A program made the position numbers and the translations under genes. The notes under the pieces were generated by a model. The model made no database searches. It was not told where the DNA came from and saw nothing but the letters and a program-made list of their open reading frames with translations. Below are positions 25,519 to 38,013 of a stretch of DNA of 64,000 nucleotides, one piece after another. Position 1 is the stretch's first letter. Each line of letters starts with the position of its first letter. Source of the stretch: Takakia lepidozioides. Taxonomy: Eukaryota; Plantae; Bryophyta. The stretch covers positions 59,582,001 to 59,646,000 of the forward strand of contig CM060731.1 in assembly GCA_030704615.1 (NCBI GenBank). The letters are read 5' to 3'.

Positions 25519-27380
25519 GCCGGAGCGCAAGTCGATCCGGCTGAAATACTTCGCTCCTGCCAACCGGTTGAAAAGGTCGTCGATCCTTGGCAAAGGGTAC
25601 CGGTTTTTAATAGTCACCTTATTCAAAGCCCTGTAATCGACACACATCCGCAGCGTCCCATCCTTCTTGTCTGCGAATAGCACCGGGGCTCCGTAAGGTG
25701 ACTTACTCGGCCGGATGTACCCCTTTGACATTAGATCCTTGAGCTGAGTCTTCAGCTCGACCAACTCTCTGTGGCTCAACCGGTAGGGCGCCTTGGCAGG
25801 CGGTTCCGATCCTGGTATCACCTCAATCTTGTGGTCAACTCCTCTTCGCGGTGGCAAGCCGCTTGGTAAATCCTCCGGCATCACATCCTGGTATTTCTCC
25901 AAAATCCCCTTGATCCAATCTGGGCTCGGCTCCCCATCGCCTTCTCCTTTCACTTCTCTAATGTAAAGCAAAAACTGGGACTCGTGTGCCTCCTCCACGG
26001 CCCACTCCTTTGCTGACAGAAGATTTATTCCCCCTCCCACGGATTTGGGCGTTTCCGACATTCGTAAAACCTCGCCACCATTCCCACATGGCAGCGTGAC
26101 TACTCTCTTGCGGCCATCTATGACCGCTCTGGATTTGCTCAAAAAGGTCATCCCCAAAATGAGATCCACTCCATCGATCTCGCAGATAGTGAAGTTCTCA
26201 CGTCCCTCCCAACTCCCCAGTTGAAGAGGAACATCAAACGCCAACCTTGTCGCCAACTGAGGTTCTCCTTTGGCAGAGCGCACCTCAATAGAGGCCCCCC
26301 CGTCACTTGTCGGGAGTCCCAACTTTCGCGCCGCCGCCGGTGTCATGAAGGAGTGCGACGCTCCTGTGTCCACCAACAACGACACGTTAGTTCCGGATAT
26401 TATCCCATCCACGAACAATAACTGACTCCCCTTACGCAGGGCGCCAGTTTCCTGATACAACTCACAAGAATAGTTGCCTACCTTGCAAGTCCTGGCGACC
26501 ACCGCTTCCACCAAGCGACTGATTGTTTCTTCCGACAGCTCCGTGGTTGCCCGAGTCATGTTCAATTGTCGAGGTTTTGTGCACTTCTTGGCCATGTGCC
26601 CGGGCTCCCCGCAATTGAAACACACTCCATCAAAGGTTGCCTTCTGTCCGCCATAAGCCGCTCCACCCGCTTTTCCTTTCGAAGCACCGGGTGCCGCCTT
26701 GACGTGTGAAGGCCCTCCCTTCGATTTCCACGTGCCATTGTCGCCGCGTGGCCTATCCCACTTCTTTTCCGGTCGGAAGGAGTCACCTTCCCGCCGGGTC
26801 TTCTTGTGGTTCAGCTCCGTACGGCCTTGTCTCTCACCCCTAGGGACATCCGAGAAACATTCAGCCCTCTCAATTGCCTCGTTCAAAGTCTTGGGTGGCT
26901 TCTCCTCCAACTTCTGCCTGGCCCATGGGGCCAGTCCCGCCACAAAGTTGAAGACCATTTCTGGTTCTGCCATGTCCGCGACTTGGAGCAACAGCACATT
27001 GAAAGCCTGGACATACCCCCGAATGTCATCTGTTTGCTTCAAATTCCTCATCTTGTCCCGGGCAAGCCAGGATGCGTTGAGGGGCACAAACTGTCTCTTC
27101 ATCAATTCCTTGAACCCACTCCAGTTCAAGGTTTCCGGGCTTGGGCCTCGGTCGTGAAGGCGTTTCTGCCACCATTGTTAAGCATAGAACCTCAAATAGG
27201 TGGGAGCCACTTCCACCCGATCCTCGTCACTCAACTTGGCCCCCGGAAGTACTGCTCTTGCTCCAGGAGCCAGGTGTTGAGTGCCTTTTGGTTTCGAACG
27301 CCCTCGAAGGTGCCGGGTTCCTTAGGCTTCACCTTAAACTTTGCCTTAGTGGAAGTGACATTAGCCGCCTTCAACAAGTC
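25519..27380 (-). pseudogene. Inverted gag - zinc knuckle - protease - RT N-terminal block
   Basis: Contains KPKEPGTFEG (gag), [14 protein letters not shown] (CCHC), [10 protein letters not shown] (protease) and [28 protein letters not shown]...FSRIDLRSG (RT). A frameshift and a stop lie near 27180-27240. Confidence 0.93.
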
Positions 27381-29815
27381 ATCAAATTCGGGTGGCGGAA
27401 GGAGATGAGGAGAAGACCGCGTGCAGGACAAGGTATGGTTCATATGAGTTCTTGGTGATGCCTTTTGGGCTCACTAATGCACCGGCGACCTTTAGCACGC
27501 TGATGAACAGCCTTTTTCAGGAGTGGTTGGATGACTTTGTGATCGTGTACATCGACGACATCTTGGTGTACTCGAAAACAAAGGAGGAACACCTGGAGCA
27601 CCTCAAAAGGGTGTTCCAAAAGTTGCGGGAAGGGAAGTTGTACGCCAAAGCTTCAAAATGCGAATTCGGGGTCACGAAAGTGGAGTTCTTGGGGCATGTG
27701 ATTACACAGGATGGGATCAAAATGGATGACAGAAAGGTGAGGGCGATCTTGGACTGGGAGCCTCCGACTTCGGTCCCGGGAGTGCGATCCTTCCTAGGAC
27801 TCGCCTCCTATTACCGGAAGTATGTGAGAAATTTCGCCAAGATCGCGGTGCCGCTGTCGGACCTTCTGTGTAAATCCAAAGTCTGGATATGGAACACATT
27901 TTGTGGCCAAGCTTTTGCTGAATTGAAGCAGCGGATGGCGGAAGCTCCAGTCTTGAAAATCCCGGAGTTCGATCGTCCATTTGAGATTCATACAGATGCG
28001 TCGGACTTCGCGATTGGGGGTGTACTTATGCAAGATGAACGTCCAGTGGCTTACGAAAGTAAGAAACTGAATGAAGTGGAGCGACGGTGGCCGACGCACG
28101 AAAAAGAGATGAAGGCGGTGGTGCATTGTCTTCAGCTTTGGTGCCACTATGTTGGTTCCAACCCAGTGAAGGTGTTCACGGACAATGTCACGGTGAAGTA
28201 TTTTGCCACGCAGCCCAAGTTTTCCCCAAAACAACTTAGGTGGCAAGATACTTTGGCGGTGTTCGACGTGGATATCCAGTACAAACCGGGACGAGACAAC
28301 GTGGTGGCCGATGCTTTAAGTAGAAAGCAGCAGCTCTTGTTGGTGTACAAGGGCGAGACGGCGCTCCAAAGGAAGATCCGGAAGGCTTACCGGAAGGATG
28401 AACTGGCGAAGTCCGTGATGCAGGACTTGAGGATGGGGGTTAAATCGCAGTTCCACTTGCAAAATGGACTGCTCCGGTATAAGCAAAAACGTCTCTACGT
28501 GCCAAAGGGAGGGATCAGAGATAGCCTCTTGAGAGAATGTCATGATAGCCCGCTTGCGGGCCACGGCGGAGCCAAGCGCACTGCGGCACTCTTGAAGAGA
28601 GAGTATTTCTGGCCCAAACTGAGGGAGGAGGCAGAGGAGTATGTCAAGACATGCACCACATGCCAACAAAACCGGAGCGAGTACAAAAAGCAAGCGGGGC
28701 TATTACAACCCTTGTCGATTCCAGAGGGGACTTGGGAAAGCGTCTCGATGGATTTCATGACTGCTATGCCGCTGTCAAAAGGATTCGATGCAATCATGGT
28801 GGTGGTGGATAGGTTCAGTAAAATGGGCCATTTCATCCCCACCAAGGAGACGACAACGGCGCAGGAGACATGGCAACTTTACTTCGCCCACGTCTTAAAG
28901 CATCATGGAGTCCCGAAGGATATTGTCTCGGATCACGATCCAAAGTTTACGAGTAAATTTTGGAGGACACTTTGGAAGAAAATGGGGACGAGGCTGAAGA
29001 TGAGCACCGCCTTCCGACCTACGACGGACGGCCAAACGGAAAGAGTGAATTCCGTAATGAAGCAATTCTTGCGGAATTACGTGTCGGCAGACCAATCAGA
29101 CTGGATGGAACACTTAGATGCGGCAGAGTTCTATTATAATAACACAGAACACTCCGCAACGGGAGTTTCCCCTTTCGTATTGGTCTATGGAAAAGCACCT
29201 CTGGTGCCGACAAGTTGGGCCGCCCAGGACGTTGAGGAACCGGCAGTAGCGGCGGTACTGGAAGAACGCGAGCGTTTGTTGAAGCTCGCAAAGTACAACA
29301 TTGCCAAAGCTAGGAAACGGTATGAAAGGCAGGCGAATCGGAAGCGGAGGGAAGTGAAGTGTGAGGCAGGCACAGAGGTCTAGTTGAACATCAAGAATTT
29401 CCGACTACCTCCGGAAGTGAGTCCGAAGTTCGTACCTCCGTATGCGGGACCCTTTCGCATTCGGAAGGTTATGAATGAGGATGTGTATGAATTGGAGCTG
29501 CCGGCAAACAGCAAGGTGCACCCAGTATTCCATGTCTCCCTTTTGAAGCCTTACTTCAAAGATGAAGCGCGTCCGAATCGACATCAAGTGTTGCGTCCGC
29601 CACCTATGCTGTTGGATCATGAAAATGAACCTGAGTACGAGGTGGAGGCAATACTTAAGTCGAGGAGGTTCAAGAACCGAGAAATGGAGTATCTCGTCAA
29701 ATGGAAGGGCTATCATCATGTGGAGGCATCTTGGGTGCGTGCCTCAGAAATGGGAAACGCATCCGAGGCGGTTGCAGCTTTCGAAGGGCGACCTCAAAAG
29801 CGGAAGAAACGTTGA
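27380..29815 (+). pseudogene. RT C-terminal half, RNase H, integrase and chromodomain
   Basis: [28 protein letters not shown], the HHCC zinc finger, MDF...VSDHD...QTE, GPF, and chromodomain YEVEAIL...YLVKWKGY. In-frame TAG at 29381-29383 sits where W is expected. Confidence 0.95.
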
Positions 29816-30719
29816 TGGGGACATCAACCTTGGAGCGTGGGGGAGGAAATGCATGCTTAGCCCGGCGTAGCTAGCTTAGGAATCCGATTACAAAAACTTG
29901 TATTGTACAAAAATTTGTTATAAAGGAAATGGGTTCCAAATGTTGTGCGGCCTATTTTGTTTGGAATGGTGATGCATGGTATGGTTGGCTAGTGTGTAGA
30001 ATGCATGCTAGCTTATAAAAGTGGGAGAGGTAAATTGGATTAATCGTGTATTTGCGTAGAGCCAAAATCGGGTGACCCCCATCCAAGGGGCAAGGAAACT
30101 TGCGACTTCTTTGGGAGTTCACGTGCTAGTGCGCACCTGGCGCGTGCGCGTACTATAACTACGCTACCGAGGGGGTTGCCTTGTAGTGCGGGCTAACGCG
30201 GAAGCTACGTGCTTCCGTTCACGTACTATAATCGTGTAGCCTCGGGACGAAGTCGTAGTGCGGCTTCGGCGTGTTCCCGTACCTCAGGCCAGCATTCCAA
30301 GGCGGACCCAATTGTAGTGATTGGGGCGCACGGTTGGTTCAAGGTTATCTTCCTAGTCAAAGAGGGTTCCAGGTGAACCCTTGCTCAAGGTGATGCCAAA
30401 AGCGGCATCATGAGCGGTCGTAAGCAATGTTGTTGCAGTAAGGCGATTCGATCCTCAAGGAGGATCGTTCCTTGGCCTTGAAGTAGGCCAAGAAGAGTGC
30501 ACTGGGAGGAGCTTGAGAGGCTCCACCCTTGGCCGGGACTTGGAGGAAGTCGGCCGAACTAGCTAGTGGAGAGTAGAGTCAAGTGTGGGGTTTGGTTCTT
30601 TGCCATGGGACGCCATGGTACGGTAACAAACTCCTTGATGTGGGACGCCACAACTTGGATGTTCGTTTCTACAAACGACAAGTCGATGAGGACATCGACT
30701 CCCTGTTGGTAGGGGTGTG

Positions 30720-31430
30720 TGTCGCGGCCCTTTGCCTTGAGGGCAGGGGGTCGGGACACATGAGGGGCTGCCCCTGTGGTGGGGGCAGCGGCAGCGATAG
30801 GTATGGGGGGCTGAAGCACCCTTGAGTGCTCAAGGAGGCGGAGGCACTCACTAGGTGGAGCCCCGCACACCGGGTTGCGGTGGGGGTGGCTCCACAAGGG
30901 GTGGTGGTAGCTTAGCGGGACTTAGTGGGGGTGGCATAGGACTCACCATGGGGTGGAGACCTCGAGGTGGGAGTCGTGGGGAGTCTTGGAACTCATCACA
31001 GTCCATTGGGGCCGCGGTGAGTGGGCCAAGACTCACCGCGACTCACCACCGGGAATCGAGGGTCTCCGTGGTGGTTCGCCATAAAATGGCATGGCTGGTT
31101 GTGAAACCCCCGCGGACAGCTACAGAAGTATATATAGGGAGTAGTAACCCCGAGAACGGTGCAAGCCCGTTGGTGACCAAAAACTAGTGAGTAAACGAGC
31201 GAGCCGGAAAGCGACCAAAGAGTGGGGAGCTGTTCCGGACTGCCAACTACCAAAGGGAATTCCCGCTGGTTCCAAAGCGGTGGAGGGTTCTTTGGGAGAA
31301 CAAAGGGGGACCGTTATGCCCCGGTGAGCAGCCTAGCTCCAAGAAATGGGCCAGGTTGGGAGTCAGGCGCGCGCATCAAAGCGAGTAACTATGACTTGAA
31401 GGGGAGCTTACCGAAGTGAGGTGCGCGACA
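30720..31430 (+). repeat. 3' LTR (711 bp)
   Basis: Copy of 24477-25203, preceded by the purine-rich ggtaggggtgtg. Confidence 0.95.
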
Positions 31431-32700
31431 GGCCATCAATTCTTCTTTTGGCCTTAGAGATTTGCTTACCAGGCTGCAACCTCACACAAACAGACTGTCT
31501 TTTTTAAAAGGATTTTGAGTATACCACCCTTTGATTATAATTTTTTGCTTGAGAAACATGAGCCAACACAATGTTAGATTTAGCAGTCTCTCTTAAGCGA
31601 CGGCGCTTGACATCCATGGAGAGCAAGAACTCTTCCCAATTCTCAGGTTCAGTAACAGAAACCTGCAGCCAAGAAATGTGCAAGGGAGTGCGACATTTCC
31701 TACCATACAGTAATTCAAAGGGAGAAATCTTGGTATTGGCATGAATGGAAGTCCTATAGGCAAACAACAGAATGGGAATGGCGATGTCCCATTCATCAAT
31801 AAGTGTCACATTTTTCTCTAGCATTTGACACATAGTCTTGTTAAAACGCTCAGTTAGGCCATTGCACTGTGGGTTATACGGTGCAGTCAAAGCGTGTTTG
31901 GTGTTCAAATTGAAACACACAATTTCCATCAATTGGTTGCAGAATTTTGTACAACCATGGCGGAGAATCAGCTTATAATCAAAGAAAAACTGCACCACCT
32001 CATCACTGTCCTTAGCAACCAACGGTTGGAGCTCCATCCATTTCGTCGAGTAATCCGTAGCTACAGCAAGGTAAGCATGGCCCTTGGACGTAGGTTTTAA
32101 AGGTCCAACAAGATCTAAGCCTACACTTGCGAAAGGCTCGGTCACATGGATAGGCTGCAATGGTATATGAGCTTCGGTTCTAGGCAGGATAGTCTTAGCA
32201 TGACAGGGCACACATTTTGCAATGAAAGATGGAGCGTCATTAACTAAACCCTTCCAATGGTATTGTTCCTGCAACTGCTTCACAGTTTTTGTCACTCGTC
32301 CTAAGTGACAAGCAAAGGTGGAAGCATAATATAGCTCAAGTAGGGCAAGTACAACGGACCTAAGAGGAACTTCCACAGCAGAGGTACCTTCCAAAGCATG
32401 CACTTTGAACAACCTCCCTTCACTTTCCCGGTGGATGGGTAAATGATAGTTCACTTGCCTCATGAAGAGCTTGGATATGTCACTAAAGTGGGTGTCGGTT
32501 TTGCACCTGTGGAGAAGAGCTTCATAAAGGGGATCATCCATGCCTACAACACTCATGGCCACACAGTAGCAAGTTAGTGCAGTAAAAGAAAAAGTGTCCA
32601 CCCCCATTATCTTCCTCTCATAGATCCTGACTTCTTCTTCAGTTGGCTGCCTATGAGGTTACCAACAGGCTGTAAGGGACAACTCAGTTCCTTGGTCTAA
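31431..32700 (-). pseudogene. Older Ty3/Gypsy integrase
   Basis: HLG...CVPC zinc finger remnant, PFASVGLDLVGPL, TAPYNPQCNGLTERFNKT and SPFELLYGR. Confidence 0.9.
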
Positions 32701-32799
32701 AAACAATGGCATGGCAAAATCTGGATAGAATGAAGCGAATCGCAAGTTTAGTGGGTGGGTATCCAAAGTCAGGAACTAAACTCACCCATCTATCGACTG

Positions 32800-34480
32800 C
32801 TTGAACGTTGCTTCCACCTCCTCTTTTGCTGCCCACCAAGGATCAGATGCTTGCCCGGTTCTTATTCCAGACTAAGACTTACACTTCCAGCAGGTCCTTA
32901 AAGACATCAAAGTGGGAGATCATCTCACTCCCGAACAACGGGCTCGGTTTCATGGGTTTGTCCAACTCAACCTGGATATCTTTAGAAAGGGTCATCATGA
33001 TTTGGGCAGAACTGATATACTTCAGCACGACATTGTCACTGAATGTAAGCTTATTAAACAGTATGCCTACCGAGAAAGTGTTTGAGAACGAAAGGTTATC
33101 CAAGAAGAAATCTTTCAAATGCTTGATGCAGGTATGTTAACTCCTTCTATCTCACCTCAGGCTAGTCCGATTGTCTTAGTGGGCAAAAAGGATGGGTCAA
33201 CTCGCTTCTGTGTTGATTTTTGACGTCTAAATGTTATTACTAAGAAGGATGTCTAACCCACGCCCACGGATTAATGAGACTTTCTACCAATTGAATGGTG
33301 CTACAATCTTCTCTTCGCTAGATCTAGCAGCTGGCTTTTGGCAAGTGCCTTTGACATCTGCTGCCAAAGAAAAAACGGCCTTCACTTGTCGAATGGGCAT
33401 GTATCAATTCGAAACCATGCCACAACTTCTTTCCAAAGGCTTATGGATGTTGTGTTAGGAAACTTACAGTGGGAATGTGCCCCTTGTCTACATTGATGTC
33501 ATCAATATTTAGTCTACCAGTTTTGAACCTCACCTGTTGGACTTGCAAAGGGTGGTGTACAGACTCAGAGCTGCAGGCCTCAAGTAAAAGCTAGGAAGTG
33601 TGATTTCTGCATGGAGCAGCTCCACTTCCTTGGCCATCTATTGTCTGCTGCTGGCATTAGTCCCGACCCAAGCAAAATCCAGGTTGTTTGGGAGTATCCT
33701 ATCCCTAGAGACAAAACTTGTGTCAAGGCTTTTATTGGCTTGGGATCCTATTACCGTCGTTTCATCTTTCAGTTTGCTAAAATAGCTGCTCTTCTTACCA
33801 GATTATTATCCAATGATGTACGCTTTGTGTACTGGGGCACAGCTAAAACTTCTGCCTTTGAGAAATTGCAGATAGCCTTGACCTCTGCACCTGTGCTTGG
33901 CCTATCATGATTTCACTGTACATTTTCTCTTGCAAACTGATGCCAGTGATTTGGCCATTTCTGCCGTCCTCAGCCAGGTTCAAGATAGCATGCCGTTGCC
34001 TATGCTTCTTGACGCCTTTGACAAGCATGAGCACAACTATTCTATCATAGATAAGGAGGGCCTTGCGGTGATCTTTGGGGTCAAATATTTCCGGCAGTAT
34101 TTGCCAGTTCACCATTGAAATAGATCATCTGTCGTTGAAAGCCTTATTAACTCCTCGTGAACTAACAGGTCGGTTGGCTAGGTGGGCTCTAATTTTGCAA
34201 GGCTATGACTTCAAAATCTCTTATAAGAGGGGCAAAGACAACATCAATGCTGATGCTCTGACTCGTGGAGAAACTAAAAATCCCAACCCTTACACCACTT
34301 TAGATGATCTTGTTCTTGTTCCTTCAAGTGCTTCCGACCCTTCACCTCCAACCCCCGTTTCAGATCCTCTAGTTTTGTGTCATCTGTTGGACTTCCCTTA
34401 TGTCCTTGCTGATCTGCTAGACACTTGGGATTTGTTTCAGTTTGATGTTGGTTAAATTATCCGCTTGGTGCTGGTGTGCT
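32800..34480 (+). pseudogene. Older Ty3/Gypsy RT-RNase H block, opposite in orientation to its integrase
   Basis: ASPIVLVGKKDGSTRFCVDF, FSSLDLAAGFWQV, LQTDASDLAISAVLSQ and LARWALILQGYDFKISYKRGKDNINADALTR, with many stops and frameshifts. Confidence 0.9.
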
Positions 34481-34489
34481 TGCAGGATG

Positions 34490-34636
34490 GGTGACAACCT
34501 ACAGAATATGTTTTTGAACATCTCTCTTCCGGTCGGAGGTGGTTGATAGCAAAGGAGACCATTAACACTCGATATTATGAGCTTCATCTGCCTCTTCGGA
34601 GTAGAGGCATCCCTGTCCGAAGAAGCATAATTCTCC
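34490..34636 (-). pseudogene. Exon with a degenerate NIF/FCP1-like N-terminal motif, truncated at the Gypsy junction
   Basis: After a tttcag acceptor: ENYASSDRDASTPKRQMKLIISSVNGLLCY...IFCR, compared with KLLILDxNGLL...F.RP. Confidence 0.45.
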
Positions 34637-35087
34637 TGAAACCAATGTAATCGAGATTAGTGCAGATAGAACACCTATGCAACCTCGACATTTATGTCGA
34701 GGTAAATGCATCATTGAGATTCACCGAAGACAATTTGAATATCTCCACGACACTACAGAGTCTTTATGAGGATATAACTAATGGATAAATGAATCACAAT
34801 GCTTCAGACAAACATTAAAGAAAGATATGCAGCTACTACACCTTCTGAATCCCTCTTGATTGAGATTCTGCAGAACAAATTCTATACACTTATACAACGT
34901 GGACATAGACTAAATCCATGACGATGATGGTGTCATTTGATCGTGGGAAGAAAATTCAAATATCATAAATTCCTTCTGTCCAACTAAAGAGAATGAATCT
35001 ACAATTGTTAATCATCAGCGGACCAAATGAGAGCATCGTCCACATGGTTGATTGAATATACATTGATATGCAGATACATTACAAGAA

Positions 35088-35925
35088 TCAGTCAGTTACC
35101 TTCTGCAACCCTCTCGACTGAAATTTTGTAGAACAAGTGCAAGAGTCGGTTGAGTTCTGAAGGGACGGTAAAACATCTGACGCAATCTTCACGTCTGAGC
35201 AAACCATAAGCCTCTTACGAGTGGATGGAGATTTCTTCAAACACTCCGAAGTTTTCGGGCCAGATGCACGACATAAATCATCCACTTGTTTTTTCCTTTC
35301 AAAGATTTGGACGTTGAGTGCACGAGGGGATGACATGAGGCCATTTGGAGATACATCCGGACTTGATATCTTCATATCCTGAATTGAACGTCAAATACTG
35401 AGATTACGTTGGATTATAATGCAGGAGAAGACGTCGCTTCACTTCACCCAATTTTACCTGAAGTAAAACAAGATCATCAGAAAAAAGAAAAGACTGAGTG
35501 ATGAAGACAGAACAAAAAAAGTATAGGCAATAATTCACCTTGTTCCTCCTCAAATGTCCATGTGTCCATCCATGATGTTGTGGGGTAAACGTTGGGATTT
35601 TCCTCCGGGGCAAGTCGTCCACTTGTTGTACATCGTCAATACCTGAATGAGTTGTAATTGGACTGACGTTGTGTTCAATGGATTGATGATATCGCCCATC
35701 ATCAAGCTTGTTAACATCTTCAAGACAACGTTCCACCACAGCAAGAGAGATCTCTAATGGTTGACTGTCACTTCGTTGAGTGATAACCTTGTTTTCGCTC
35801 AAATCCTCCAACTGAGATCTAATAGACTCAAGTCTTGTGGAAACTGCATTGTCACATTCAATAACACGATGTTCTTGAACATTTTGTACAGACTTTGAAA
35901 CCTGTAATAGACAGGACATGATCAA
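35088..35925 (-). pseudogene. Exons of unknown function (coiled-coil/charged) in the NIF-domain gene
   Basis: Consecutive minus-strand ORF pieces between two NIF segments, with plausible GT/AG borders. Confidence 0.35.
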
Positions 35926-36229
35926 ATGAGACTCAACCTTGATATATCCTCGACATTATTGTCGAAGTTAGTGGAAAGTAGACTTAGTGGACAACATAGG
36001 TTCTATGATGAAGCAACGCCCGATAAAACACTTAAAAGTTTTTAGCTACTTACAATCTTAGCATTCATACGGAACAACAACGATGTAAGCCTGCAAAACA
36101 TGCTAGATTGAACGTTTACTCAAAATTTGCACAAATTGAATATGTACATTTATTTTACATGGGGTTCTAGAACCCCAAATTGTATATCCAATCATTCACA
36201 AATAAGATAATCGTTGCGAGAGCTCTTTA

Positions 36230-36790
36230 GAAAAGATCTAAGACTGTCATATTTAGGGTCAGAAAGGCTCTTGGGTCCGAATAAGCATGACCCTACAAGA
36301 TTGAGTAGACATTTCAGAGGAGTATCATCAATCAGAAGCGTATTTCTGTCATCGAACTTTCATCTCGTCTTCACCCATAGCCCCGCAAATGGCTTTAGAA
36401 ACACGTTCGGGGAGTTTTTAAATCTATCGTTATAGTTTGGATGGACTTTGCTAGGACACGAAAGGCAATCCTCCTGCGACATAATGAAGTCTGGTTGTGG
36501 TAACCCCTCCAACATGATATCAAGGACGGGCTTGAGGTTCCTTAGCTCCATGCAGCTCCAAATAGCTAGGTGGAGTCGCTCATGTAAATGCTTCCACACC
36601 TCTTGATATTTCTTCCGTCTAAAAATCTGCCTTGTAATGACCACAATAGGAACGTTGAAGTCGTTCTCGGAGTATTTAGGCACAGGATTATTAGATCCTT
36701 GAGACCGGATGATTTTGGAGAGAACACCGTTCAGATCAAATATAATCAGACGAGATTTACCACTATCCATAGATAAAGACGTAGCTGGTG
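36230..36790 (-). pseudogene. FCP1/NIF-type (CTD-phosphatase-like) HAD domain
   Basis: RLIIFDLNGVL (motif I), HLAIWSC, FIMSQEDC and VFLKP; after one in-frame TGA, NTLLIDDTPLKCLLN (motif IV). Confidence 0.8.
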
Positions 36791-38013
36791 GTCGAATCTG
36801 TGGATGAATAGAAGAACAGAGTAAGGGATTGATTCAGTAGAAAATAAGGTGTCAGTCGAACATATAAAACTTCACCTCGACACTAATGTCGAGGTAATCT
36901 ACCATATGTGATAAAACCCGGCGTTGCGTCCCAATGGTAAAAACGAAGGATATCACTGAAAAATGTGTTCATACGAGCGTTCGCAATACTAGGACTTACT
37001 CCCTGTGGCTACATGGCCATACTTACCATGTTAACCACATATTCCATAACATTTTCCTTAACATAACATAACATTTGCCAGTGTTTCAAATAAAGTCTTG
37101 TCGTTGCCACCCTTTCAATGAATCCTAGAATTCAATGGGTTAAGTTGTAAAAAAAGCTAGAGTGCACCATGATTAGAAAACTCAAAACAAAGCAAGGAAT
37201 ACTGATTATAAATATAAGAATAAAGTCATATCTGCTTTGTGAGCCTTCCGATGGAGTCGGTCGGTAACCTCGCCATTGAGTTCGATGATCCCACAAAAGT
37301 TGTTGTTAGAGCAATGTTCTTCACAGTCACATCTATTAGTCTGTTCGAAGCGTTGTTCTTTGAAGTGAGAGGTTTTAACGTTTTGGATTTGTCATCTGCA
37401 TCTCAACTCATGGAATTTTAATTATGCTCTATTTAACAACAATTCGAAGACTCAAGTTTTTTGCTATAAAAATGACATGCGAATATCTTAAAACAATGGG
37501 AAAATCTCAGAACCATTTACACAACCAGCTCTGTATCAGATATCACGTACATTTTTGTGGTCCAATTTGGTTTTCATCCTCCGCTCTCTGTTACGCCCCG
37601 CTATTGGGGATACTATGCCGATTGAAAAATCACCAGCAGCCAGCGTGAATGTGTCAGGCTCGGAATCATCAGCAATAATGATTGATTCTGTCTCTATAGC
37701 TTGCTTATTTTGTACTTCTAGATTATTGCTTCCAACACCTACATCTCCGAGACTCTCCACAATCGGACTTTCCAAAACCACAGTCTCCACAACCCTATCC
37801 AAGTCCTTCATGTTGGTCTCGTCATTGAGCCACGTGCCCTCATTACCCTCATTATTACCCTCATCAGCCTCGTGAACTACTTGCTCAACATGCTCATTTT
37901 TTTATATTTCCTCAACCGTCTCGTTGTTGTTAGGGCCACCAGCTGATCCAACTGCTCCAACTGTTTCAAGCTTTTAAGCCCCCTACTGTTCAACGTCATC
38001 ATCATCCTCCTCT

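Larger units (their letters stand above)
24477..31430 (+). mobile_element. Ty3/Gypsy chromovirus LTR retrotransposon (Tcn1/Galadriel-like), internally inverted and defective
   Basis: Paired LTRs with TGTCGCG...CGCGACA termini, Met-tRNA PBS TGGTATCAGAGC just after the 5' LTR, and gag/PR/RT/RH/INT/chromodomain all recognisable. Confidence 0.96.
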
